From: Azolla caroliniana
Lineage: Eukaryota; Plantae; Polypodiophyta
DNA: 64,000 nt
Assembly (NCBI GenBank): GCA_043228905.1
Contig: JBHGNT010000002.1
Coordinates: forward strand, 24,614,001-24,678,000
Reading direction: 5' to 3'
Part shown: positions 37,601 to 50,800 of the stretch, piece after piece
Position numbering within the stretch: position 1 is the first letter of the stretch
Layout: the number at the start of each line of letters is the position of its first letter
Notes under the pieces: generated by a model
The model's input: the letters and a program-made list of their open reading frames with translations, nothing else
Databases searched by the model: none
Told to the model about the DNA's origin: nothing
Position numbers and translations under genes: made by a program

Positions 37601-39183
37601 GAAAGGCAATTCTTCTATCGGTAGTTGATCATATCATAAAGGAAAGCGATGACAACAAGATTCAACCTTCCTCGAGTTGACACATGTCCACATTCTTTAC
37701 CACTACATCTTGGGTCTCAAGTTGTTGATGCCTTGGTCTACATGTATATTATGTAGCACAATATTTTGAGAGAGAGAGAGAGAGAGTCGTTTTCAAAATA
37801 AGGTATCATTTCAAAAAAATCCTTTAAATCTTATTTGTAAGGTGCTTGACAAATAGCGAATCACAACATGTCATAGTTGTCCTTGATTTGAAAATAGGTA
37901 ACTTAGTTGTATAGTTATAATTAACAAACTATCTTTGGCCAATAACATGCAAATATGTACATAATTGTCATCCCCTTAACCTAATCTCCCCCAATCATTG
38001 TGCATTAGTAAAGGAGTCAACTCTTTTTCTAACTTTATTATACGATTCATATGCCATATTTTATGAGAAGAGATGGAGGGGAAAAGGGAACCAATATTGT
38101 AACTTCTGAGAGATGTTTGAACTATAGATGAGTCACATGTGCGTGCATATGTGAAAAAAATAGTAAAACATCCAATCAAAGACACTAAAGCATGCACCTA
38201 TTTATATAGGCCATATTTAGACTAGTTTGCAATTTTTGTCCAAATTTGAAGTTGGTTTGGCTTTCTTTTGCTTGTTCACACATTCACCTCAACAACCTAG
38301 ACAAGCAATGATACACCGATCAACATTTCTTATGGTAACTAGATGCTTTTGTTTCACGGGACAACTGCTAATGGATATTATTGGGAAGCCATTGTGGTAC
38401 CCATGGGGTAGAGGTGAAGCGTCGATTCAATGGCGGACATGTTTCGGGAGCCAAAAGACCAATACGGTGTGACATTAGCTTGACACAATCTCTTAGGGGC
38501 CAGAGTGGTGCCATCAAGGAAGACCGCCCATTGTTGAGGCTTTTGCCAATGAGAGAAACCAACAAATTGCTACTCTCTTCGTCTATGTATGGATGATATG
38601 CTTGTTTCTAATTGTAACCAAATCATAATGAGGCTTGATGAGGAAATTGTGGTCATGGATAGTGTAGGGCATGTTTCAAATGGCATGTGCGATCTGCACC
38701 TTCGAATCATTATCCAAAAAAAGCACGCCCCAAAACCAACCTAGCTTTGACGAACCTCTATCACATCTAATTTGGCTTTGACCACCAACTCTATCATGTC
38801 TAACCCATCCCTTTATAACCTGGCATAAAGTTTCCAACCTGAACACTTTTTCTTTGACTAGGGATTGAATTTACAACCCCACTACCCGCACTTAACTTGG
38901 TTGAAATTTTTGAATAGACCATTTAAAAAAAAATCATCTAAGGTTCCCTAAAAATCTCAAAAACATTTTCAGAAAACAAAATTTCTAAGTTCTAGATATA
39001 AAAACTCACCAAAACCTTGGTCCAACATTGAATGTAAACAACTTTAGCGACCAATTGGGCCCTCCACAAATAAAATTGCAACCACCATAAAAATTTCTAC
39101 CACCAATGTTTGCAACAAGAGACTAGAATAGCTTCAAAGATCATAAATTTTCAGTCATGAATGTAAACAAAGCATGAAGAATG

Positions 39184-39780
39184 TGTAAAGAATTGACCGA
39201 CCACAACCGGTTTTATGTGTGCGTATGAGGGTGAAAAGATCGAGAAAGATAGTGCACAGACAAAACAAGAAAAAACAAAAGTACAGGGAGACAATATATT
39301 TTACGTGGAAAACCCAAAAGGGAAAAACCTCGGGAGTCCACCAACTCCAAACAGAATGACTAAGGTAAGAGGAATACAACGAGAGAGCTTCAAGGCAACG
39401 ACCTTGTGCTCTCCTTCGTCTAACAGACAACGACAGAGTTACAACTCTCACTCACTCTCTCACTCACTCAGTTATAGAGGCAACTACCGACTATAACTGT
39501 TCAACAACTATACAACAATGATCATTCACACATAACATAATGATTGCCCTAGATGTATTTATACTAATACAACTTTTAGGGCTATTTACAAATATAGCCC
39601 ACAAGGGCATATTAACTCTATTTATAGATATAGCCTCGATTCGAATTCGATTTTCGGCCACAACCGAATTGAACAATTGAACAACCCTCAACTCTCAACC
39701 CTAAACCCTAAACCGATTCGGTTCTCCCTTTTCTTTGACTCGTGCTTCTCTTCCCATCTGGAGGGACATGTTTCCGAAGA
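39184..39780 (-). mobile_element. Solo copia-type LTR (597 bp) nested in the MULE
   Basis: Perfect 5-bp TSD GAATG (39179-39183 and 39781-39785) interrupting a host repeat unit that is intact at ~39945-40030. The minus strand has a TATAAATAG box and a GGGTTTTCCACGTAAA motif, and reads TCTTCGGAAA...TTTACA. Confidence 0.8.
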
Positions 39781-42613
39781 GAATGATTGGAAACGCCTAA
39801 TGTCCAACCTTCTCAAATTTAAATGAAGATTAAAATTTTAGCCACCATTAAAATTACCATCATCCGTTTTTTCAACATGACTAGAAACTTCAAAGATCAC
39901 ATCTTGAAGTCACGAATAACTTCAAAGATTGCAAAATTCCACTCATGAATGTAAACAAAGCATGAAGGATGATTACAAACACCTAACCTTCTCAGATTTA
40001 AATGAAGATTAAAATTTTAGCCACCATAAAAATTTCAACCACCAATTTTTTCCTCATGTCAACGAGAAACTTCAAAGATCACATGTTGAAGTTGACATGC
40101 CATACATGTTCAGAGATCAAAATCTCGGAGTTGTACATATACAAACTTCAGAGCCTACAAACCTAAAAAATCACAATATGTAATGTAAACAAAAACTCAA
40201 ATATCATGGCTCTTGTTTAGAGAATGACACGATACACATGCAATTTTTGCAGCAATTTGCATTAGAGTCTCTTGAAGTCAATGTCAAGCCATCACAATGC
40301 AAGCACTGAAACTTCTCAATCTCACATATTGGCAACCGCCTCTTAGCACGATTAGTACCTCTATGTGTGTGTGTTTTGGTCATGTTTGGGGATCTGGCAA
40401 TAAGTTCTTGCAAAATGTTGGGTGTGGTGGGGGTGTGGCTCCTCTTTTCGCACCATTTTTTTCTTCTGACTAATTGAACCTCCTGATGCCATACAAGTTG
40501 TTGCTAGTGCACCCATAGATGAGAGAAACTCGTTTCGCAGATCTTCCATGAGTTGTCGTCAACTCTCAACAACAACAACCTTGTTCATCGCTCTCGATTT
40601 TTGCTCACCTAGTTGAAGTGCTTTTATAGTTCGATGTGCTTCTAACTTCATTTCTTCCCTTTCATAGACTTCTACATTCATCTCAACTTTTGCTTCTTGT
40701 GTCAACTTTAGTTCTTTATTCATTGTGGCATCATCCAAATGTCACATTTGGGCCATATGATTTATAAATGGCAATGATCCAGATATGACAAGGTTTGCTT
40801 CTCTTCTAGACTATTTCAGCTTTGCGTTATCATTTGTCACAAACACACTATACCATCCACATGTTCTACATTGTTTCCTAATCCCTAAATGCAAAGAAAT
40901 ATGAAAGCCGTAAGAATAACAATGCATGCACAATCTCAAAAAGATTGAAAACCCTAAACCCTAACCATGTATCATCAATAATTTATATCGACACTAGATC
41001 ATTCATATGATACTCACAAACATCCCTACGGTAGATAAATGCAAAAACGAAGAATACAATGCATGTACAATCAAATACACAAGCCACAAGAATCCAAAAG
41101 CATCCACAGTCACAGTCTCTCAATTTGATCAAAAGCCCTAAGCCCTAACCCTAAATCATCAATCATTGATATCGATCCTAAACATCCCTGCACTAGAGTT
41201 AAATTCGATTAATCTGTGGGTTCTTCTTTTTAATATCATACATATGTAGTACGTACCTCTTTATGATGTTGGAAACCTCTACATTTCTATGCTAAGTTTG
41301 TTATTTTTATGCATTCAAGGTAAACCTTCTTGTTTTGAAGATTCGGGGTTTCCAATCCCTTTCCAATATTTTTGCCATTCCTATCTTGCTTGCATAGATA
41401 GTTGCTCAGTTCTTAAAGTTCCTTGACATGGATGGAGATTAGGGTGAAAGAACACCCAATGAAGAGAGGTATTATTCAAATTCATTTATAAAAAATGTGA
41501 TAATTATCAAATGTTCTAATGAATGTGTTCTATTATCTCTCATGGCAATAAGGTTTTTGTACGGAGGAGTATCAAACCAACAATTCAAGATGGATGGAGG
41601 GCCAAAGGCAGAGGCTTTAGAAGGTGCAGACGTTGTTAGCCAACAGATGTAGTAGATGGTGAGGTTACTCCAACAAGTAAGAGTTTAGATTAGGCTTATA
41701 AATACAAATTCTTTTGTTGTAATGCATATTATACATTACTAACACTATTAAATCAGATGGACTTGAAGTTGACACCCTCTCAGTCTTCAAGAGTGTTTGA
41801 GATTTGATGGGGATAAACTCTTGAGTATGCACAACTGTAGATTCATGTTGGGAAAACTAACAACGGTTTCATAAGAAAGTGGACTAAGAGGCATATTAAA
41901 TAATGAAGGAACATGGCATTAGGGTCGTGCTTTCAAGAGGGCTGAAGATAGTGGAAGTGTTAGAAGGGAATGACTGTAGTTTGAAATACTTTAGGAAGTA
42001 CAAACGAGAAAGATCAATCAAATGCTTTTTCAATGTTGATCTCAAATATAATAGAGCTCACCAATCCCACTTGAGAAGAATCAAGAAAAAAGCATTTGAG
42101 GAATACAATGCAAACCCTAAAGAACTCTGAACCTGCACAAAATCAGAATTTGTACAAAACCTTACAGGCCACGAGATCGCGAAATATGATTCCACAAAAG
42201 AGAAGTGAATGGAGAAGATTCACGCCAAAATTGCGAAAGGTTACGATTCTTGTGTAAGTATTACATTTTGGGTTGACCTATTCTTAGTAATACTCATTGA
42301 AGGTTGTAAACTAATAGTATGTTTCCAATATGAGCAATTGTAGTGTATGGTTCACTAGTTGCAAATAGACAAAGAAGATGGGAACATCTCAACCGCTAGT
42401 GGGCATAAGACATAATCAGACTATGTTAGTGTAAGTATTCATTATGATTCAAAGGAAGATTTTGAGGATGTGGGCTATGTTCAAATTGTGTATGGGAAAG
42501 TCACTAGATCCCTGGACATGTCGAGTGAAAGACATTCATAAGGTATGGTAGGTTAGTTAGGGTCCTTTGTACATGTGGTCAATATTTGAAAGGTATCCTG
42601 ATGTTGTAAATTT

Positions 42614-43228
42614 ATGACGCAAAATAGATTCCAGCTTGTTTGTAGAAGGTTGGATTTGTCCATTTACATTAGAGAAGACAATTTGCAATCGATGTGCATC
42701 CCTAAAGAGATGGTAGCAACGTGGTCCATGAATGTCTTCCATATGTGGATGAAATACACACAACCACAACACATATCCGAGTCGGACCGAGATTGGATTA
42801 TCAATCCACATTAGGTCCAACTATACAATCAAACCAATAAGGTTGATCGCATCCTTGGACATGTGCTTGAACGTGATTTTGTATTCATACTCATTGTGCA
42901 TGACGGGCACTGTGTCCTTTGGGTAAAGATGCGGCACACTCCAACTTATTTACATGCAGAAAAGCTAACCAATCCATTTGTATTCATCGAACCTATGAAT
43001 AATCCTACTACTAGGGAATTGAAGAGTTTGGCAAAAATGGCTATAACCAAAGTTGCAAGCACCGTTGCAGACCATTACATCATACTCGAGAACCAACATA
43101 TTGAAATCCACATCCAAACTCAACCCAAGGGGATAGATTGTGTATATTATGTAATGCAGACGATTTGGATGTTTGTGGAAGAGTTCATACACAACGATAG
43201 ATCTCCAGACTTCATAAGTGTCTTATAA
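42614..43228 (+). pseudogene. Ulp1/C48 SUMO-protease-like relic carried by the MULE
   Basis: ORFs 42614-42814 and 42863-43228 are in the same frame across one TAG. Motifs FILIVHDGHCVL (HW site), FVFIEPM (D site) and QTQPKGIDCVYYV (Q..DCG) are present. Confidence 0.6.
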
Positions 43229-44817
43229 TTTTAGTTTTTGTATAGTCATCCTTGAAGTGTGTGTTCTTATCAATCCTATTTGACAAGGGTTTGAGCATTG
43301 GTATGGTCTTGATGACATCAACCTCCTATGCCTTACGATCCCTAAGTGGGCACGTCATGTTGTGGGCCTTCACAACTTGTAACCTCATTCTAGTTTTTGC
43401 CGTTCCATATTGAGCTTGTAAAATATGTTATGTTACCTCTCGGTATTGTAAAATATGTTACCCAATTTTGCTGACGCCATATTGGGGGTGTAAATCTTGT
43501 TATTTTGGCTCTCGATACTGTAAAGATAACTATTTTGCCATTTTAGGCTTGTGAATCTCCGGCTTGTAATCCCCTACATGTAATTTCATCAATTGTAATT
43601 GATATGCTTGTAATAGCCACACTTGCCATGATGAAGAAGTCATTTTGTAAATCAGTTCTAATGTTGGATTTGGTATTTTGTATGACAAATGTATACGAAC
43701 TTGTTTATATTTTGTGGTTTGAAGAGTTTGGTAAATGAAGTTGTATAAGATCTTGATAACATGTTATAGAAGACGGAATGTAAATATTGATGTTGATAAA
43801 TATGTTTTGATGTTGGATTTGGTATGCTATATATAAAATCATAAAGGAACCACCTTATCTTCCAGTGTTATTGTGAACATCTTGTTAAATATGAAACTAT
43901 AACATTCCGACCTTGTCATATGCATATATCTTGTTTGAAGCCAATCTTGGGCCACAACCGCAATTTCTTGAACCCTATTACAAAAATGTACTAACAAGAC
44001 ATGCGGTTTCTTTCAACCTTGTCACCCTTCCTTCAAAGTTACTTATTTAATGGAGGGATTAGATGAGGTGAGAAGATAATTCACAAGATTATATTCAGTT
44101 GATTATCCTTTGCAGCTAGCCATACTCTCTATCAAGATGACTCCCATTATGGAGATAGTGCCCACCCTATTATTTATATAATCCTAAAATGGAGATAGAA
44201 AAAAGCTTGTTGCTAATTCAATCTTTCTGCCGTTCCTATCTTGCCTGTATAGATGGTTGCGTGGTCCTTCAAATTTACTTGTGGATGGCCCAAATTGGTG
44301 GCTAAAATTGACGACACTTTTTGTTTACATTCAGTGCAGGCACCCGGGTTAGGTGCAGGTGCCGGGGTTAGGTGTGACAGAGGCTTGTCAGAGGCAGTGG
44401 TCGGGGGGCCGGGTTGGTTGTTGGGCGCACATTTTTTGTTTGGATAAATGATCCGACGGTGCAGATCGTACACAGCCATTTGAAATGTGTCTTGCGCCAT
44501 CTGTGTCCGTGTCCGTGTCCGTGACCGCGATTTGCTCAGGAAGCAGCCTCATTATCATTTGGTTGCCAAATAGAAAGGAGCCATGAATATATGTATAATG
44601 TACATATACCAATTGCTTTGCTCCTATAAATGCAAATATGTACATACATAACTAACTGCCATAAAAAGTCGCTCAAGCTTCTATGGTTTTTTTATTATAG
44701 CTCCTGCACTCAAATTTCCAAAACAAGAGGCCTTCTTCTCCTTCTTCTCCTTCTTCTTCTGTGCGTTCATCCCTTTCTTTCTTTCTTTCTTTCTTTCTTT
44801 CAGATTCGCAGAAGAAT

Positions 44818-47800
44818 ATGGTGTTCAGCTCCGCTCCCCCCCCTTCATCGCAATCCGAGTTTGATGAATTTAACGACATTACGTAAGCCATCCCTGGATC
44901 CTTCTTCAATGCCTCTGTGCTTTGCGTTTTGATTTTCCCCTGTCGATAGTGTAGATAGGAAAGCTAGGAATAACTCCAGAACTACGAAAGGAGAAAGAAA
45001 ACCAGAATTTGTCCGTCCTTACTCAGATGATGTGCGATTTTTTTTATTTTCTTCCATGCATCTCTTTTTCTTGGTAGATGTTTTGATCCTCAGAGGTCAA
45101 ATATGGCCTATGAAAGGGATATATATATATATATATTAAGAGACACAGACAAGTCAAATATGACCTCTAGGTCCAAAAGGAAAACATTTTCCTGAAGTAT
45201 TTGTGGAGACACTAGATGCTCTCGTGAATGGTGCAATTCACAGTGCAAATTGTGACTATAAGAGAAAATTGTGTAGGGATATGACCAGATTGGCAATGCG
45301 TGAAACTGAACGTCAATGTAATTGAAGGTGGGACATTGTAATGGAGGTTACGATAGAGAAATTTATAACTTCTCTAAAAACCATGATAAATTTACTCTTT
45401 CAAAAGTTTAAAGAAAGAGAGAAATTTTAGATTAAACTAACAAAGATTAGGAGGGTTTGGGCATTCAATGAAAGGGTGCTTTGCTGCAAAATGAGATTCA
45501 TATATGTGCTCCAAAAAAAGCGAAATTTGATTTTGAGAATTGGAGTGGCAAAATAAAAAAATAGAATGATGTCAACATAATTTTCCGTGCTGAATCTCAG
45601 GAAATTATTATAGCATTAATTCAGCAAGGGCAGATGCTTCTTGAGCTTGTGAAATCCCTTAATGATTGCAAATGTGACATTACAAGCACTGTAGCCTCTC
45701 AATAAATTACAATGTTTTGTTGGCTGTAACACACAGTTGGTATACACTGCTATATCTTATCATATACTTGAGTCCTGAACTTAACTCTTCTCAAATTTCA
45801 GAGATGTGAAAGATCCTAAGCTTTAGCGGGTCAGTTTGTTTGCTAATCTCACATCTATCAGAGAGATGTATTGCATAGAAATGGTAGTTTTTACCATGAT
45901 ATCTGGTAAAGTAATAATATTTGTATTTTTTGACTTCAGATTCGGAAGGTGAACTGCAATGTGATCTTAGATAACTATGCATTGCTTATGTTGTTTTCTT
46001 TTGCTCACTTATTTTTTGTGAGGGTTTATACTATATTAGTGATATTGGATTACAACTAACATCTACATTTTCGCATCCCTAGGTATGAAAAAATAAAAAG
46101 CTGGACCAACATTCCCAAACTTAAACGATTAGAAAAGTATATGAGGGAGGAAGGATTCTATCAGACAGCTGATGCAGCACGTAAGAGAATAATAGAACAA
46201 GGAGGAATTGACCCAGACAATACAGAAACTTGGTAAATATAAAATCTCTTGTGTTTTCCAGATACTCCGTTTTTTATGTAAGGATCTTCTAATTAGAGTT
46301 CCCTTTATATCTGTAGCATATTATCTAGCGAAACCAATGATATATTAAAAGCCCTGCAATTTTGGCAGGTATCTTCTTGCATTTATATTTATTCTTTTTA
46401 ATGAAGTTAGCTTCACCTCACATTGTGACTTTTGAACTATGTATATTTCACCATGTCTATGAAAATATTCATGTAAAATTCATAAAGGTTATGTGTTTAC
46501 AAAAACTCAGGTGGACGTTAAGGAAAAGGATGTTGAACTCCAAAAGCTACGGAGCTCAAAATCAAAGACAGGATCTGATGGTATCATGTTCTACTTATTT
46601 TTCTCCCTTATGACAAAAATATCTTCACTATATGATTTTATGAGTTGTTCAGAGTGATAAGGGGTTCTCTATGATATCTGTGCTGAATTATTAGGGGTTC
46701 TAAGGTGTGGAATTGAGTGAGCTGCTTGACACTTTTTACTCTTATACATGAACATCAAATTAGATGCATCGACATCCCATCAGCATGGTGGAAAATGTTG
46801 AAATTAATGTTTATTATATGACAGTGGCCAATTTATTATAAGATCAAAGGAAGATTATGTTGTCTCTTTAGAATGTTTTTACCTTGAAAATAAGTAAAGT
46901 TTCAGACCAACTGATGTGAACTCTATTACAATTAAGTACTAATGATAATCAACTTATGAAAAGATTAAAAGAAAATAATGGTTTAAGGGTGCTTAACCAT
47001 ACCAACCACCCAGAGCGAAGGACAATATGGAACCCTATTGTTGTTCTGTGCCACCAAATATGGTCATCGTACAATACTTTGGAATCAAAATGGATAGGAA
47101 CCCCAAGAATGAGAGCATTGCCTTACAAATAGTCTCAACATTGTTTATGAGATGCTGTCATGAAGGGGATATCAAGTCCCCATTACATAGCTCGACTCCT
47201 GAGGCTGTCAGATTTCCACGTGTTCTGATGAGTCACAGGTCCTGATGAGCTTGCCCCAAGTGCTAGGATAACTAGTTTCCACTTCTACCCTTAAACCATT
47301 AACATTAGCCTTTCATATTGTTCTCTAAGGTTGTGACCATAACAGATCCTTGAGAATTTTTGTGGATAACTACAGTTCATTGGCATTCTCACTAACATAA
47401 GACAGACATTATATTGAAATGTAAGCTATGAGTGAATGAGGTGATTCTAGATGGAGCCAACTTTGTGCCACACATGCATGGCTTCAGCATTCCTATAATC
47501 ATTAGATTAAAGCTACTGAGACAAGCATGTTGAAGATGGTTCTCAAAGTTTAATGGGTTGTCTGCATTTGATCAGCTGCAATTGGAGAGCAAAATTGAAT
47601 CCCAGTGAACATATATCTCTCACAGGATAAATTGTGACTATTCAGTCATTATTCTTGTTATATTATTTTAGGAATCTAGGTTATTAGATAACTCTTATCC
47701 TCTTGTTTACTAGATAAGTCTTATCCTTTCATTTATTAGATTACTCTTATCGTTTCATTTCTTGCTTTGAACAAATACCAAACCTTCGTGTTATAACATT

Positions 47801-50800
47801 CATCAAGTCACATTGGTTGTGATGTCCACTCAGCTTCTGACAAAGGCATATTTGAATCACATCCTTAACATCAACATGGATTCATTTTGGATATTGTGCT
47901 TGAGAGCAAAAAGCTCATGGAATATTGCTCATTCAAGAGATCAATGAGTTTAGTGTTATATTGATAGAATAGGTATATTCCTTTTTAATAGGTTCCTTAT
48001 TATATGCATTTCTTTGTTAGTTTTCATGTTTTGAAGCTTACATAAATGTATAGCATGTGGTCTTGCTTTATTTAAATTTTGATTTGTGTCCAATTGATAA
48101 TTTAGATTTAAAATCAGATATCCCTGAAGTAAGAAAAAGGAATACTGAGAATAAAAACAAAATTAATGAGGATACCGAGACTAACAATAAAAGTAAAGAA
48201 GGCAAGCAAATCAAGGCTGCGGAAAAGGACATTCGAAGTGGGGGAGAGTACTATCAAGGCTGGGATAAATATGTGACAAATTGGGAAAAGGTAATCTCAT
48301 TTTCTTTTTTAGTAATATGCCTTAGTTGCTGTTCATTCCCTTAATCACAGAACCCCAAGTTCCAATAAGGTTATTTTTGTCCCTGGGGATGTGTATACTT
48401 TTTATCTTGATCCTATTTGTGACATATTTGGTCACTGCTAAACAAACATTTACATATAACTCTGAGAATATTGCATGCTCATATTTCTTAATGTCCCTTA
48501 GGATTGAGAAGGAATGAGATATAATATTTTGTGTTATTATCCAAATACTTATATGAGATGTAAATATCCAATAAATAACAATAGAAGTGGTTAGTAGTTA
48601 TAATCTGCATATCAGAGGGATCGGATGGAAAGAAGTTAAGGATTGAAGTGGTTGGAATTAAATTACTAATCAGAAATGTCATATAGAATCTCTTTTGTGA
48701 AGCCTATATATGCATGTGCAATGCCATGCTTGTTGTTTCTCAAATTGAGCATATGATATAGAGATTATTCTCAGTATTCTTGGAATCTCGCATACTATTA
48801 AGTTAATACACAATTGTTTCGAAATGTCTCAATTGGAAAGTTAGTATCTGATTTTATTGCCCTTTTCATTTCAGGAGAATGCAGAAGTAAAAGATATGGA
48901 CTCTACAGGAATTCATAAGCAACATGAATTAGCTGAGAAGTATTTTTTTTAATTCCTCTTTAGTATTTAGGTTTTAAATGATGCCATAGTATTTAACATA
49001 AAACTCTAGATCAAATTACAAAAAGAAGATGCATAACTGCTAATCGCAGGGGCATGCAGAGCTCCATTGGCTGCACTATTAGCAAATTCACACCACACGA
49101 AAACAATTTTCTCTGCTCTCTCATTTTCATAAATATTCCAGTCATTTTATCTCTGCTTCATAGGATCATGCATTGTCTAATAGGCCATTTATTTTGGAAA
49201 CATGGTGCCAGAAAATCTATTATTAACATATGCATTTTTCATCTAAATGGCATTCCCCAGAAGTAAATTTCTGTCTATGACTGCTTTGTCAAAGATTTGC
49301 ATAACCTTTGGTTAGAGTTTTTCATCAATGATTTGTTCAATTTAAGCAAAATAGTTTCAAACGTCAAGTTTCTTTGGTAACATCAATCCATGTTGATATA
49401 AAATATAGTCAAAGTACTTAAGTCTTTACCATTACTCGTGATGATAAATATCTCATTCTTTCACTAGGAAGAACAAACGTATTCCCAAAGAAAAGCCTCT
49501 CGTTGAGAGAGTGTGGCAAGCTAATCGAGAGAAAGAAAAGGGCAATGACCTTTTCAAGGTTTTTTTGATAAAGAAAAGAATCTGTTTTTAGTAGAAGTTC
49601 AAAGCAACCTTTGTTTCTTGCATAATTTCTAATGCATCGTTAATCCAAATTTATGATATCATTTAGAAGAAAGAAAATGTCATTTTCAAATAAAAAATGA
49701 CATATAAAACTTCAGAAACTGCATTACCCATGTCCAAGAGAAATGTGCAAACTAAAATCAAGTTTGTTTGGTTCTTGATTTAGGCAAAGGAATACAACGC
49801 TAGCTTGCAAGCTTACACTACAGCAATTGATGCATACAAAAGTTCCCCAGTTATATATGCAAATAGGGCTGCTGTATATCTGAAAGTACTTCACATCTAT
49901 GCTCTAATGAGTCACTGCAGTCAAAAGCTTGAATAATTAGGAAATATGAAGAGTTTCTGATATTCCTATTTTGGACTTATTTGTGATTGAATTAAACAGA
50001 TGAATAGGTTTGAAGAAGCATATGCTGACTGCAATGAGGCTCTTAAACTTGATCCACAGAATGTGAAGGTATGCAAATTTTGTTTTGATGTAAAGTAAAT
50101 ACTTGATTTAATCAAATTTGAGTTTTGTTTGTAATCTTCTGTTGGGGTTTATTATATCCAAGCTCTCTTTAGGCCTCTTGATGTTCCTGCAATATCATTA
50201 TATGGGCCTATATTGATGATCTGTAATCAAAGGTTGTTAAGAAAATTGCCTACTGCATACTTATTTCCTCATGAGAATATGTAAAGCCTACGATGATCAT
50301 AACTATACCTCTATAAGGTGCAGAAATCTGGGTCCATAACATTCATGTGAAGAAAATTGGAGAGATCTAGAGAGACCATAGGTGTCAATGATTGTTTCCA
50401 TGATACAAAGCAAATCAGCACGCCTCATAAGTTCATGTTTTTTCTATAAATACACTATTTTTAACAATGACTTGTACTGATAATCTTTTGAACCTCAGAA
50501 GACAAGATGTCCACGATTGGCAGGGTACTCATGTCATGTCTTTCATATTTCTCATTGAAGATACAACATTTTCAGTTGTCTGGTCGCATGGACCATTTCG
50601 GCATTTTGGACACGTTAATAAATATTTACTTCTTTCTTGCTCCTCTTTTTTTTTAGTGTGCACTTTGTATATCACTGGTGCTCAGCAAGATGTGAACTAG
50701 TAGGACAGGGAGAAAAGGCTCTATGCAGAGTTACGAAGTGTAGTATCCATTTAGAATTGATGATTATCAGGAAAAAGGGTTATTATCTTTCTTGAATGGT

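Larger units (their letters stand above)
38597..44585. mobile_element. Degenerate Mutator-like (MULE) DNA transposon with long TIRs and a Ulp1 protease relic
   Basis: Inverted repeats of ~170-220 bp at 38597-38770 and 44365-44585, sharing TTTCAAATGGC..GTRCGATCTGCACC..CGRATCATT. Internal subterminal repeats at 39070-40100, telobox-like AAACCCTA runs and a C48 peptidase relic. Confidence 0.65.

Noticed and set aside
39690-41155. AAACCCT runs as telomere
   Set aside because: Only 2-3 units each and inside transposon sequence; telobox-like rather than telomeric.
47225-47275. Two CTGATGAG motifs suggesting a hammerhead ribozyme
   Set aside because: No GAAA follows a stem II.
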